NCBI GenBank assembly: GCA_016196885.1
Contig: JACPWU010000016.1
Coordinates: 1 to 23,793, forward strand
DNA length: 23,793 nt
Reading direction: 5' to 3'
Source: Chlamydiota bacterium
GTDB lineage: Bacteria; Auribacterota; JACPWU01
The first letter of the stretch is position 1. Each line of letters begins with the position of its first letter. The position numbers and the translations under genes are program-made. Positions 1 to 9,940 of this stretch are shown one piece after another. Under the pieces are notes generated by a model, which was given only the letters and a program-made list of their open reading frames with translations, was not told the origin of the DNA and did not search any database.

Positions 1-571
<571 letters not shown>

Positions 572-720
572 AAAATTTGTTCTTCATTGCTGAAGAAACC
601 GTTTCAGAGTTTGATAACTCAATTACTACTTACTGAATGTACCGCACTATTCAATTTTCAAAGAGCGAATGTTTCCCACTGTGAAAAGTGGGGTGATGAT
701 ATGACACATCCCCTTTTCTG

Positions 721-1944
721 TCAAGCAGGAAGTGAAGAAAATTCAACTTTTTTTATCTTTCTTTTTCCGACCTTTAAAATGAGGTCTTTTTCCAAAACGA
801 CATGCCTGTTTTCATCCGTCACTTTTTCACCATTAATCGCAACGGAACCCTGTTGAATGGCTCTCCTAGCGTCACTGCCAGAATCTGCGAGACCAGCTTC
901 CTGTAATAATTTGACAAGCCAAACGTCTTTCCCCTTTCTCTGGGAACTGACAAAAAAAACCTCAATTTCTGTGGGCAATTCTTTTTTCGAAAACACCCTT
1001 TCGAATTCTTCTTGAGAGTGCTGGGCTTCTTTTAACCCATGAAATTGGGTCACAATTTTTCGACCCAGCTCTTTTTTTATTTCCATCGGATTGAGATGCC
1101 TTTCCTCCATCTCTTTTTTAAATTTTGAAATTTTCTCTTCTTCTACGTCCGTCAAGAGCTCTAAATATCGAACCATCAAAGCATCCGGAATGGACATGAT
1201 TTTTCCAAACATTTCTTTTGGAGAATCATTGACTCCAATAGCATTGCCCAAACTTTTACTCATTTTCATTTTTCCATCTAAACCTTCTAAGAGCGGAAGC
1301 GTCATCACTACTTGAGGCTCTTGATTCCAGATCCTTTGAAGGTCCCTTCCAACCAAAAGATTGAAGGTCTGATCGGTGCCTCCAAGCTCCACATCCGATT
1401 TGACCATGACAGAGTCATAGCCCTGAACCAGGGGATACAAAAATTCTAAAATGGATATGGTTTTTTTCTCTCGATAACGAATCGCAAAATCATCCCTCTC
1501 CAGCATACGAGCCACGCTGTATTGGGATGCAAGTTTAATCACATCCGAGAACATCATTTTTCCAAACCATTCGCTGTTAAAATGAACCTCTGTTTTATCC
1601 TTGTCTAAAATTTTAAAGACCTGTTCTTGATAAGTTTTTGCGTTTTCCAACACCTTCTCATGCGTTAAAATGGGCCGGGTCTTGGATTGACCCGAAGGAT
1701 CTCCGATGGTCGCTGTAAAGTCTCCAATGATAAAAACAACCGTGTGACCCATGTCCTGAAATTGTCTCAATTTACGAAGACCCACGGTATGTCCCAAATG
1801 AATATCTGGGGCAGAGGGATCTGCTCCATACTTGATTCTAAGAGGTTTGCGAGTGGTGGCAGAAGCTCTCAACTTCTTCTCAAGCTCTTCTTCCGAGATG
1901 AGATCAGCAATGCCGCGTTTTAAGATATCGAGAGCGTTTTGCAT
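721..1944 (-). CDS. tyrS: Tyrosine--tRNA ligase
   Basis: The ORF carries class I signatures HLGH (PDIHLGHTV) and KMSKS ([10 protein letters not shown]). It has a C-terminal S4-like module ([18 protein letters not shown]). I moved the start from 1974 to the ATG at 1942-1944 (MQNALDIL) because the 10 extra codons in the ORF track are read out of the arm of the hairpin at 1954-2043. Confidence 0.93.
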   Translation of the reverse strand: MQNALDILKRGIADLISEEELEKKLRASATTRKPLRIKYGADPSAPDIHLGHTVGLRKLRQFQDMGHTVVFIIGDFTATIGDPSGQSKTRPILTHEKVLENAKTYQEQVFKILDKDKTEVHFNSEWFGKMMFSDVIKLASQYSVARMLERDDFAIRYREKKTISILEFLYPLVQGYDSVMVKSDVELGGTDQTFNLLVGRDLQRIWNQEPQVVMTLPLLEGLDGKMKMSKSLGNAIGVNDSPKEMFGKIMSIPDALMVRYLELLTDVEEEKISKFKKEMEERHLNPMEIKKELGRKIVTQFHGLKEAQHSQEEFERVFSKKELPTEIEVFFVSSQRKGKDVWLVKLLQEAGLADSGSDARRAIQQGSVAINGEKVTDENRHVVLEKDLILKVGKRKIKKVEFSSLPA

Positions 1945-1953
1945 AAAAAGATA

Positions 1954-2043
1954 GGGCCAAGGGTCAAAGGTCAAGGGTCAGGAAAAAATCTTCCATTTCT
2001 TGACCCTTGACCCTTGCCGCTTGACCCTGTTTTTTTGACCCTG
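1954..2043. repeat. Intergenic tandem-repeat hairpin 1 (unit GGTCAA[G/A]G / CTTGACC)
   Basis: Left arm is GGGCCAAGGGTCAAAGGTCAAGGGTCAGG. Right arm is CTTGACCCTTGACCCTTGCCGCTTGACCCTG, plus an extra TTGACCCTG at 2035-2043. 1971-1985 pairs with 1996-2010 around a 10-nt loop, and 1961-1967 pairs with 2021-2027. It fills the rpsA-stop to tyrS-start gap. Confidence 0.85.
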
Positions 2044-2047
2044 CTTT

Positions 2048-3709
2048 TTAAGCTTTAGACTTCTTAGAAGAGGCACCCATCTCCTCAAGGTCTTTCATGC
2101 TGAGGGCAATTCTTCTCTCGGCCTGTTCAACTCGAAGGATAATGGCCTTGACCCCCTCCCCTTCTTTAACCACATCCTCAATTTTCTTGAAATCGCGACG
2201 TGTCAATTGAGAAATATGGATCAGGCCTTCAATCCCACCCTCAAGCTCTACAAAGGCTCCGAAGCCAGTGACCTTGGTGACTTTTCCTTCAATGATCTCA
2301 CCTGGCTTATACTGCTCAGGCAAATGAACCCAAGGATCTTCTTTGAGCTCTTTAACACTTAAGGAAACCTTTTTATTTTCTGCGTCAACGGACAGGACTA
2401 CAGCCTCTACTTCATCTCCCTTTTTCAAAACCTCAGAGGGATGGTTGATTTTTCGCGTCCAGGAAAGATCCGAGATGTGAATCAGTCCATCGATGCCAGG
2501 CTCAATTTCCATAAAGGCGCCATAAGCAACCAAATTACGAATTAAACCCTTCACGCGAGTGCCCTGGGGATATTTCTGAGCAATGACGTTCCAGGGATTC
2601 AGTTCTGTTTGTTTGACTCCTAAAGAAAGCTTTTTATTGGTAGGATCAATTTCAAGAACCACCGCCTCAATTTCATCATCCAGTTTCAAGATTTCAGAAG
2701 GGTGATTAATCCTTTTAATCCAGGAAAGCTCTGAAATATGAAGAAGCCCCTCGATTCCCTTTTCCAGTTCGATAAAGCCACCGTAGGGAACAATGTTCAC
2801 CACACGCCCTTTCACTTTTTTGCCGACTGGATATCTTTCTTCGGCCTTATCCCAGGGGCTGGGCTGAAGCTGCTTTAATCCCAGAGAAACTCTTTCTTTC
2901 TCTTTGTCAAAATCTAGAATCAAAACCTGAACCTCATTGCCCACGGACAAAATCTCTGAAGGATGATTGATTCTCCCCCAACTCATGTCTGTGATGTGAA
3001 GCAGTCCGTCAATACCATTTAAATCAACGAAGGCTCCGAAATCCGTGACATTTTTGACAATGCCTTTTCGAACCTCTCCCACTTTAATTTGTTCCAGGAG
3101 CTTACTGCGTCCCTCCTTGCGATGCTCTTCTAAGAGTTCTCGTCTAGAAAGAATGACATTTCTTCTTTCGAGATTAATTTTGATCACCTTGAAGGTATAA
3201 ACCTTGCCCAAATACTGATCGAGAGAAATGTCGCGTAGCGGCTTGACATCAATTTGAGAGGCAGGCAAAAACGCCTCCATTCCAATGTCTACCATGAGGC
3301 CGCCCTTGACCTTTTTACAGACGCGGCCATCCACAGTTTGGCCTTCCTTACACGAGGCCATGATGCGTTCCCAACCCAAAACTTTATCTGCTTTTTGCTT
3401 GGAAAGAACGACGACCCCTTCATCATTCTCTTTTGCTTCTAAATAAACTTCAATCACATCCCCAAGTTTAGGAATACCCCCTGAACGAAATTCTTCGAGG
3501 GGAATAAGGCCCTCAGATTTGTAGCCGATATCCACCAAGACTTCTTTGTTGCGAATATCAATCACAGTTCCCTTGACAATCTTTTCCTCTTCAAGGTCTT
3601 TAAAAGTGCTTTCGTATAATTTCTTAAAGTCTTCTCCTCCAATAAGTTGTTCCTTTTCTTCTGTATTCACCATGTCTACCTTTTTCTCCTCATTCTGGGG
3701 CTTACCCAT
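2048..3709 (-). CDS. rpsA: 30S ribosomal protein S1 (six S1/OB repeats)
   Basis: 553 aa with recurring S1-domain blocks (G.V..V..FGAFV.L..G..GL.HIS.LSW..I.HPSE.L repeated). GAGGA lies 6 nt upstream of the ATG. Confidence 0.95.
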   Translation of the reverse strand: MGKPQNEEKKVDMVNTEEKEQLIGGEDFKKLYESTFKDLEEEKIVKGTVIDIRNKEVLVDIGYKSEGLIPLEEFRSGGIPKLGDVIEVYLEAKENDEGVVVLSKQKADKVLGWERIMASCKEGQTVDGRVCKKVKGGLMVDIGMEAFLPASQIDVKPLRDISLDQYLGKVYTFKVIKINLERRNVILSRRELLEEHRKEGRSKLLEQIKVGEVRKGIVKNVTDFGAFVDLNGIDGLLHITDMSWGRINHPSEILSVGNEVQVLILDFDKEKERVSLGLKQLQPSPWDKAEERYPVGKKVKGRVVNIVPYGGFIELEKGIEGLLHISELSWIKRINHPSEILKLDDEIEAVVLEIDPTNKKLSLGVKQTELNPWNVIAQKYPQGTRVKGLIRNLVAYGAFMEIEPGIDGLIHISDLSWTRKINHPSEVLKKGDEVEAVVLSVDAENKKVSLSVKELKEDPWVHLPEQYKPGEIIEGKVTKVTGFGAFVELEGGIEGLIHISQLTRRDFKKIEDVVKEGEGVKAIILRVEQAERRIALSMKDLEEMGASSKKSKA

Positions 3710-3734
3710 ATTATTCCTCGACTTAAGTCTGAGT

Positions 3735-3763
3735 AAGGTATCATTGGCCTAAAAGCTTGTCAA
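3735..3763 (-). promoter_or_regulatory. Candidate sigma70-type promoter for rpsA
   Basis: The minus strand reads TTGACA (3758-3763), a 17-nt spacer ending in TGA, then TACCTT (3735-3740). That is a perfect -35 with an extended-10-like TGn and a weak -10. It lies in the only long minus-strand intergenic gap without a hairpin. Confidence 0.3.
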
Positions 3764-4416
3764 ATACTTAATTGCAGCCTGTTTTTTAAATTCTTAATGC
3801 TGTCCATCACTTGATTGCTAATTGTTTGGTAAATTTCCTCGCTCCCCTTTTTCTGATAAAGCTCTTGAAAATCAAGACGAGTGCCTATCATGACCCTCAA
3901 TTTTTTAAATCTGGGCCATTTGCTGCCCTTGGGTAAGATTTGATGAGCACCCTGAATATAAATGGGGACAACGGGCGCTTGACTTTTGTGTGCGATGAAT
4001 CCGACGCCCATTTTGGCTTCTTGAAGTTCTCCATCCAAACTTCGCGTCCCTTCCGGAAAAAGAATCAGGGCCTGCCCCCCTTTGAGAAGACGAATCGCCT
4101 GTTTCAAGCTTCCGGGAGTGGGCTCATCTCGATCTACAGGAATGCAATTCCAAAGTTTAAAGAGAAGATTTGCCAGAGGGTGTCGCATGAGAGAGGACCT
4201 TGCAAAATAATACATTTTCCGAAAAGAGGAGGTCCCAACAATGGGTGGATCTAAAAAGCTAGAATGATTGGCGGCCAGAATACAAGCGCCTTTCTTAGGA
4301 ATATTTTCTTTTCCATAGACGCTGCGTCGAAAAAGGACATCATAAATAAACCTGAAGCTAAAATAGCCCCAGCGGTAAACAAGAATGTTAATGATGCGAT
4401 AAAATGAGGATGCCAT
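3760..4416 (-). CDS. plsC: 1-acyl-sn-glycerol-3-phosphate acyltransferase
   Basis: HX4D motif (ANHSSFLDPP) and FPEGTRS motif are present. The N-terminus is hydrophobic. Confidence 0.85.
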   Translation of the reverse strand: MASSFYRIINILVYRWGYFSFRFIYDVLFRRSVYGKENIPKKGACILAANHSSFLDPPIVGTSSFRKMYYFARSSLMRHPLANLLFKLWNCIPVDRDEPTPGSLKQAIRLLKGGQALILFPEGTRSLDGELQEAKMGVGFIAHKSQAPVVPIYIQGAHQILPKGSKWPRFKKLRVMIGTRLDFQELYQKKGSEEIYQTISNQVMDSIKNLKNRLQLSI

Positions 4417-4418
4417 GT

Positions 4419-5261
4419 TTACTTAAGAACTTTTCCTGCCTTCTCAAAAAAAGAAAGAAGAGAAAACGGATCTCCCTTGTTTATTTTTTTCTCGAGTTGG
4501 GAAATTTGATTTAAAAACTCATGAAGTGCTACCTTTAGATAAGCTTGGTTTAAAGAGGAAATCTCTGCCCATAATTTTGGGGAACTGTGAGCAATCCGCG
4601 TCATGTCCCGCCAGGCCTCCCCTGCCAAGCCTAAATAATCCCTTTTCCCAGATAATGTTTTGGCTAAACAAAAAGAAAGGAGGTGGGGTAAATGACTGAT
4701 ATAGGCAAAAATTTTATCATGTTCTTCTGCAGATTTAACCACGGGAGTCATTTTTAATTTTTTCCAAAAGCGAATTGATTTTTGAAGGGTCTCGCCAGAA
4801 GTGTGGGTATCCGGAGTCAAGATGCAAACAGCCTTTTCAAATAAATTGGCCCGCGCGGCGTCCGGGCCCTTTTTTTCTGAGCCCGCAATGGGGTGGGCCC
4901 CCATATACTGAACTTTTCTCCCCAATATCTTTCGATAAGACTGCATCACCTCCCCTTTGACACTGACTACATCTGTCACGATTTGCTTTTTAGAAAGAAA
5001 GGGCGAGATTTTTTTTAGAAGATTTTCTACGGCCGAGGGGGGAACAGCAAGGATAATCCAATCGCAATCTAAAACACCCTGAACAACATCTGTCGTGGCA
5101 ACGTCGGCCATCTTTTTATTCAAGATTTTTTTGATGTCACGGGAATGATGGACAACGCCAATCACTTTTGTTACGGAGGCGTTTTTCTTTAGAGACAGAG
5201 CCAATGAAGCACCGATGAGGCCCATGCCGATGATACATATTTTGTCTTTTTTTAAAGTCAT
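4419..5261 (-). CDS. tyrA: Prephenate (or arogenate) dehydrogenase
   Basis: N-terminal Rossmann motif ICIIGMGLIGASLA and GAHPIAGSE motif are present. The ORF track starts at TTG 5282. I prefer the ATG at 5259-5261 (MTLKKDKICIIG). Confidence 0.85.
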   Translation of the reverse strand: MTLKKDKICIIGMGLIGASLALSLKKNASVTKVIGVVHHSRDIKKILNKKMADVATTDVVQGVLDCDWIILAVPPSAVENLLKKISPFLSKKQIVTDVVSVKGEVMQSYRKILGRKVQYMGAHPIAGSEKKGPDAARANLFEKAVCILTPDTHTSGETLQKSIRFWKKLKMTPVVKSAEEHDKIFAYISHLPHLLSFCLAKTLSGKRDYLGLAGEAWRDMTRIAHSSPKLWAEISSLNQAYLKVALHEFLNQISQLEKKINKGDPFSLLSFFEKAGKVLK

Positions 5262-5282
5262 AGATGCACTTATCGCGTTCAA

Positions 5283-5352
5283 AGGTTTAAAGGTTCAAAA
5301 GTTCAAAGGAGGGAAAGCTTTTAAACCTTTGAACTTTTGAACCTTTGAACTT
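5283..5352. repeat. Intergenic tandem-repeat hairpin 2 (unit GTTCAAA[A/G]G)
   Basis: 5292-5309 (GGTTCAAAAGTTCAAAGG) pairs perfectly with 5326-5343. The stem extends to about 27 bp (5283-5309 with 5326-5352, including G-U pairs). The loop is 16 nt. Confidence 0.9.
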
Positions 5353-5372
5353 GTTTTTAGATGAACTTGCTT

Positions 5373-6392
5373 TTAAATTTCTCTCCCCACTGCATGCGCA
5401 ACGGGCTTTAATTCTTCCATCAACTTTACAAACATGCTGGGATAAAGAGATTGAGCTCCATCTGAAAGAGCTTTTTCTGGGCAGTTGTGCACTTCCAAAA
5501 TAAGACCATCCGCTCCGCAAGCAACGGATGCCTTGGCCATGGGAGGAATTAAATCACGTTTACCCGTTCCATGGCTGGGGTCTGAAATGATCGGAAGATG
5601 ACTGAGCGACTTGATTAAGGGAATGGCACTTAAATCCAATGTGTTTCGAGTCATGTCCTCAAAGGTGCGAATCCCTCGTTCGCAAAGAATCACATTTGGG
5701 TTTCCATTGCTCAAAATGTATTCCGCGGCCATTAAATATTCTGTGATGGTGGTCATCATTCCCCGTTTTAGAAGAACGGGTTTTTTCGATTTTCCCACTT
5801 CCTTTAAGAGATTGAAATTTTGAACATTTCTAGCACCCACTTGAAGAATATCGGCAAATTCTTCAAAGGCTTCAATGTCGCGGGTGTCCATAATTTCTGT
5901 GCAGACGGGCATCCCTGTTCTTTCACGGGCCTCTGCCAAAATTTCCAAACCATGGCGACCTAATCCCTGAAAGGCATAAGGCGAAGTTCGAGGTTTATAA
6001 GCCCCGCCTCTTAAAATGGTGGCGCCCCCTTTTTTGACTTCATCGGCAATTTCAAACATCATTTTTTTATTTTCAACCGAGCAAGGGCCCGCAATCGCAA
6101 CGACACGTCTTGCACCAATTTTCACTCCCCTGACATCTACGACAGTATCTTCTTTCTTAAATTCTCGACTGACCAGTTTGAAAGGTTTGAGAATCCGAAC
6201 AACGGATTCCACTCCTTCTAGGGCCTCCACATGAGGCTTGGCTTTAAGCACGTTTTCTTCAGAACCAATCACGCCCACAATGGTTCTCTCGACCCCATGG
6301 CTGACCACAGCCTTCAGGCCATGCTCTTCCAATAATTGAATGACGTGCTCTTTTTGTTCTTGAGAGATATTTATTTTTAAGACAATGATCAT
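5373..6392 (-). CDS. aroF: 3-deoxy-7-phosphoheptulonate (DAHP) synthase, type I-beta with N-terminal ferredoxin-like regulatory domain
   Basis: It appears colinear, from my recollection, with the Thermotoga maritima-type enzyme. Shared features are the MIIVLK...[19 protein letters not shown]-domain, [17 protein letters not shown], and [11 protein letters not shown]. Confidence 0.92.
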   Translation of the reverse strand: MIIVLKINISQEQKEHVIQLLEEHGLKAVVSHGVERTIVGVIGSEENVLKAKPHVEALEGVESVVRILKPFKLVSREFKKEDTVVDVRGVKIGARRVVAIAGPCSVENKKMMFEIADEVKKGGATILRGGAYKPRTSPYAFQGLGRHGLEILAEARERTGMPVCTEIMDTRDIEAFEEFADILQVGARNVQNFNLLKEVGKSKKPVLLKRGMMTTITEYLMAAEYILSNGNPNVILCERGIRTFEDMTRNTLDLSAIPLIKSLSHLPIISDPSHGTGKRDLIPPMAKASVACGADGLILEVHNCPEKALSDGAQSLYPSMFVKLMEELKPVAHAVGREI

Positions 6393-6405
6393 TTTAACCC
6401 TTTCT

Positions 6406-6488
6406 AGCGTTCAGCGCATAGCGTACAGCGGATAGTTTATAAGGAGTTGTTTTTTTCCTGACCTCTGAACGCCATACGCTGTACGCTC
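6406..6488. repeat. Intergenic tandem-repeat hairpin 3 (unit AGCGT[T/A]CAGCG)
   Basis: Left arm is AGCGTTCAGCGCATAGCGTACAGCGG. Right arm is CTCTGAACGCCATACGCTGTACGCTC. Perfect pairings are 6420-6430 with 6477-6487 and 6408-6415 with 6465-6472. The right arm contains the pheA stop codon (6487-6489). Confidence 0.85.
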
Positions 6489-7551
6489 ATTTATTAAATG
6501 GATAACTCCCCAAAATTTTTAGAAAATGACAATGTTTTTCCAGGGATTTCAATGCAGACTTCACATGGGCATCATCCTGATGCCCGATTAAATCAATGTA
6601 AAAATAGTATTCCCAAGCTTTCTTTTTAGAAGGGCGAGATTCAATTTTGGTTAAATTGATGTGATGTTTTTTGAAGGGGACCAGCATTTCATAAAGGGCC
6701 CCGACTTTATCCCGGACAGAGAAGAGAATGGAGGTTTTGTCGCGGCCGGTACGCTTGGCTGCGTGAGTTCCCACTATCAAAAAGCGGGTGACATTGGTTT
6801 GAAAATCTTCCACGCCTTCTCTTTGAATGCGAATGGGATAATATTGGGCAGCCAGACTGCTTGCAAGCGCTGCTGCACCTTTTTCTTTTGAAGCCACTTC
6901 AGCCGCACGTGAAGTGCTGGAGGCACTGATTTGATCTGCATGAGGTAAATGCTCTTTAAGCCATAGCCGGCATTGACCAAAAACTTCTGGTTTTGAATAA
7001 ACTTTTTTAATTTGATTCAAGGAGCTGTTAGATAAAAGAGAGTGATTGATTTTAAGAAGAACCTCTGAGCAAATTTTAAGGTCGGAATCAATGAACATGT
7101 CCAGCGTATGGGTTACAGCACCGTCTGTTGAATTTTCAATGGGGACGACTCCATAGTCCGCTCTTCCTTTTTCTACTTCGAAAAACACGTCTGAAATATT
7201 TTCAAGGGGGACATATTCCACAGAAGCGCCAAACTTTTGAATGGACGCCTGATGCGTAAAAGTCGCCATGGGGCCTAAATAAGCCACGCGAAGCCCCTTT
7301 TCAACAGCGAGCGCGGCCGACATGATCTCACGAAAGATAGCCTTGAGAGATCCTCGAGGCAAGAGAGAGTCTTTTGTATGGGCTAAAATGTTTTCATAAA
7401 CATTCATTTCCCTCTCTGGAGAATAAATGTTTTGACCCTGTTTGATCTTTTGATGCCCAATATCCAAGGCAAGTTGAGTTCGTTCATGGATGAGGGCAAC
7501 CAATTTGCGATCAATACAATCAATTTTGCTGCGCAACTTCTTTAAGTTCAT
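6487..7551 (-). CDS. pheA: Bifunctional chorismate mutase / prephenate dehydratase (P-protein)
   Basis: An N-terminal CM helix (LRSKIDCIDRKLVALIHERTQLALDIG) is followed by a PDT domain (VAYLGPMATFTHQA, TRFLIVG). A C-terminal ACT domain carries ESRPS (LTKIESRPSKKK). Confidence 0.92.
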   Translation of the reverse strand: MNLKKLRSKIDCIDRKLVALIHERTQLALDIGHQKIKQGQNIYSPEREMNVYENILAHTKDSLLPRGSLKAIFREIMSAALAVEKGLRVAYLGPMATFTHQASIQKFGASVEYVPLENISDVFFEVEKGRADYGVVPIENSTDGAVTHTLDMFIDSDLKICSEVLLKINHSLLSNSSLNQIKKVYSKPEVFGQCRLWLKEHLPHADQISASSTSRAAEVASKEKGAAALASSLAAQYYPIRIQREGVEDFQTNVTRFLIVGTHAAKRTGRDKTSILFSVRDKVGALYEMLVPFKKHHINLTKIESRPSKKKAWEYYFYIDLIGHQDDAHVKSALKSLEKHCHFLKILGSYPFNK

Positions 7552-8122
7552 GGCTCACCTTGTGAGATGTGACGTGCCGTAATTCTTCCCTCTGAGGTAA
7601 ATCGTCCAAACTTTTTAATCCAAAATAATCCAGAAATCTTTCTGTGGTGACATAAAGAAAGGGATGCCCCATGATGTCTTTTTTTCCCTGAGTTCGAACG
7701 AGGCCCTTTTCAATCAACTTTTTTAGAACGCCATCCACATTCACGCCACGAATTCCTTCAATCTCAACCTTCGTGATGGGCTGACGATAGGCAATAATCG
7801 CCAACGATTCCAGGGCAGGCTTGGACAAGCCCTCGGCATGTTTGACCTGTAAAAATTTTTTCACCCAGTCTGCGTTTTGAGATTCTGTGCATAACTGGTA
7901 TTTTCCGCCAATTTCAGTGATTTGATAGCCTCTTTGATTTTGAACATACTCTATTTTTAATTCTTCTAAAAGAGCCGCAATGTCTTGATGCGTGAGACGA
8001 AATCCCTCCTCGAGCGTTTCCTGGATTTCATCCACTGTGATAGCCTCTGAGGCAACCACCAGCAAAGATTCCATGATGGATTTAATCCGTTTTAAATCAT
8101 CCGCCGAAACATGTTCTGACAT
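7520..8122 (-). CDS. scpB: Segregation and condensation protein B
   Basis: ScpB core motif is SKPALESLAIIAYRQPITKVEIEGIRGV. It sits directly downstream of scpA. Its 3' end overlaps the pheA start by 32 nt. Confidence 0.88.
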   Translation of the reverse strand: MSEHVSADDLKRIKSIMESLLVVASEAITVDEIQETLEEGFRLTHQDIAALLEELKIEYVQNQRGYQITEIGGKYQLCTESQNADWVKKFLQVKHAEGLSKPALESLAIIAYRQPITKVEIEGIRGVNVDGVLKKLIEKGLVRTQGKKDIMGHPFLYVTTERFLDYFGLKSLDDLPQREELRHVTSHKVSHELKEVAQQN

Positions 8123-8124
8123 AT

Positions 8125-8850
8125 TTAAAGAGCCGTCCTTTGAATTTGAATATTTTGAAAATGGGTTTCTTGTACCACTTTTAATTTTTTTAACCGAATC
8201 AATTCCAGAAGCGCTAAAAAAGTTGCGACCATTTCCATTCTTGAAGAAAGGTCTGAAAAGAGTTCTTTGAATTCAAGCATGGGCTTGAGAGACATTCTCT
8301 CCTCTATAAAAATCATTTTTTGCTCAACGGAAACTTCCTCATCAAAAATTTGATTGAGATCTTCCCGAATCTGGACTTTTTTTAAAATTTCAGAAAAGGC
8401 GTTTAAAAGATCAAGAATTTGTGTTTCGCCTAAATCGAGCGGCAGCTCTGAGAAATCAGCCTGATGAACCGCCTCCCTTGGAAAATAAAGCCGCCGAGCC
8501 TCTTCTTTTTTTTGAAGGACTCCAGACACCTCTTTGAATTTCTTGTATTCCAGCAATTGCCGAATCAGCTCTTGCCTTGGATCTAAATCATCCTCTTCTT
8601 CACCCTCAACAACCTCATCCGGAGGAAGCAATGTCTTACTCTTGATGTAAATTAAATTCGCTGCCATCCACAGAAATTCGCCAGCAATCTCTAAATCCAG
8701 TATTTCCATCAACTCAAGATATTTCAAATACTGGTCAGTAATTTCAACCATTGGAATATGATAAATATCCACCTCGTTCTTTTTGACGAGGTAGAGCAAA
8801 AGGTCTAAGGGACCCTCAAAGATGTCTAGTTTTACTTTATATTGAGTCAT
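8125..8850 (-). CDS. scpA: Segregation and condensation protein A (kleisin)
   Basis: The N-terminus FEGPLDLLLYLVKKNEVDIYHIPMVEITDQYL is typical of ScpA. It is adjacent to scpB. Confidence 0.88.
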   Translation of the reverse strand: MTQYKVKLDIFEGPLDLLLYLVKKNEVDIYHIPMVEITDQYLKYLELMEILDLEIAGEFLWMAANLIYIKSKTLLPPDEVVEGEEEDDLDPRQELIRQLLEYKKFKEVSGVLQKKEEARRLYFPREAVHQADFSELPLDLGETQILDLLNAFSEILKKVQIREDLNQIFDEEVSVEQKMIFIEERMSLKPMLEFKELFSDLSSRMEMVATFLALLELIRLKKLKVVQETHFQNIQIQRTAL

Positions 8851-8856
8851 GGCGTT

Positions 8857-8948
8857 GAGAATTTGGAATACAGAATACAGAATTCAGAATCCAGAAGAAA
8901 CAAATTCCTCATTATTATTCTGTCTTCTGCCTTCTGACTTCTATGTTC
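8857..8948. repeat. Intergenic tandem-repeat hairpin 4 (CAGAAT family, copy 1)
   Basis: Left arm is GAATACAGAATACAGAATTCAGAATCCAGAAG (8866-8897). Right arm is ATTCTGTCTTCTGCCTTCTGACTTCTATGTTC (8917-8948). 23 of 32 positions are complementary, as five CAGAA/TTCTG blocks separated by 1-2 nt mismatches. It abuts the trpS stop. Confidence 0.8.
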
Positions 8949-9940
8949 TAAAGTCCCATTACATCTCTGACCTCTGTGAGTGTATCTTGAGCAAATTTTC
9001 TTGCCTTTTGAGTTCCTGTCTCTAGAACTTCACTGAGATGACGAGGGTTTTTCTCTAATTCAGCTCGTTTCTCATGAATGGGGGCGAGCCGCGACTTCAT
9101 GTTTCCAAACAAGTGCATTTTACAATCAGTGCAGCCCCGAAGCGCCTCCCGACATTCATGCGCAACTGTCTGGGTTTCAGCCGGGCTAAATATTTCATGA
9201 TAAGAATAAATCGTGCATATCTCCGGATGCCCCTTGTCTTTGCGGGTCACCCTTGCGGGGTCCGTGAGGGTATTCATTACCTTTTTTTTGAGAACCTCCC
9301 CCGTATCTGAAAGATAAATCGCATTCCCATAACTTTTGCTCATTTTTCGCCCGTCCATACCCAGAACCTTGGGGGTTTTCGTTAAAGCACTTTGAGGCTC
9401 TGGAAAAACCTCTTTTTTATAAATAAAATTGAACCGCCGAACCATTTCTCTCGCAAGTTCCAAATGCGGCAATTGATCCAGTCCTACCGGCACCCGCGTT
9501 GCCTTATAAGCCAAAATGTCAGAAGCCTGCAAAACGGGGTAGCCCAGGAAACCATAGGTCTTGAGGTCTTTTTCTTTAATTTCCTGAAGCTGCTCTTTGT
9601 AGGTCGGATTGCGCTCCAGCCAGGCGAGTGGCGTCAGCATGGACAAAAGAAGGTGTAATTCTGCATGTTCTTTTACATGAGATTGGATGAAAAGGGTTGA
9701 TTTGTTAGGATCAAGACCCGAACTTAGATAATCAATGGCGACTTCGCGAATGTTGTTTTTAAGAGCTTGAGGATTTTCATATTCGCTCGTCAAGGCATGC
9801 CAATCCGCAATCATGAAAAAACATTCGTCAAAGACTTTTCCAATCTGGCCCTCTAAAATCTTCCAGTTCTCAATGGCGCCGAGAAGATTTCCCAGATGTA
9901 AACGATCTGTCGGTCTTGTTCCGCTTAGAACGCGTTCCAT
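8948..9940 (-). CDS. trpS: Tryptophan--tRNA ligase (with C-terminal Cys4 motif)
   Basis: HIGH-type motif (RLHLGNLLG) and KMSKS (GRKMSKSYGN) are present. Length is 330 aa. Confidence 0.93.
   Translation of the reverse strand: MERVLSGTRPTDRLHLGNLLGAIENWKILEGQIGKVFDECFFMIADWHALTSEYENPQALKNNIREVAIDYLSSGLDPNKSTLFIQSHVKEHAELHLLLSMLTPLAWLERNPTYKEQLQEIKEKDLKTYGFLGYPVLQASDILAYKATRVPVGLDQLPHLELAREMVRRFNFIYKKEVFPEPQSALTKTPKVLGMDGRKMSKSYGNAIYLSDTGEVLKKKVMNTLTDPARVTRKDKGHPEICTIYSYHEIFSPAETQTVAHECREALRGCTDCKMHLFGNMKSRLAPIHEKRAELEKNPRHLSEVLETGTQKARKFAQDTLTEVRDVMGL

Noticed and set aside
675-693. Small stem CCCACT-N6-AGTGGG just downstream of the tyrS stop, as a possible tyrS terminator.
   Set aside because: It has only 6 bp and no following U-run on the mRNA strand. 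The evidence is insufficient.
587-856. 89-aa plus-strand ORF spanning the 16S-tyrS spacer and the tyrS 3' end.
   Set aside because: It runs antisense into tyrS and has no SD or motif. It is most likely spurious.
5287-5520. 77-aa minus-strand ORF overlapping the DAHP synthase 3' end and hairpin 2.
   Set aside because: It is an alternative frame of a well-supported gene, and its C-terminal end is simply the translated hairpin arm.
8851-8914. Micro-ORFs starting in the loops of the CAGAAT elements: MRNLFLLDSEFCILYSKFSTP (its TGA overlaps the scpA ATG), MVFILDSGF, and MLFVFILTSEF.
   Set aside because: The ATG is not at a conserved position relative to the loop motif. None has a properly spaced SD. 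The peptide similarity simply reflects translation of the repeated arm. Only the scpA-coupled one (ATGA overlap) is mildly intriguing.
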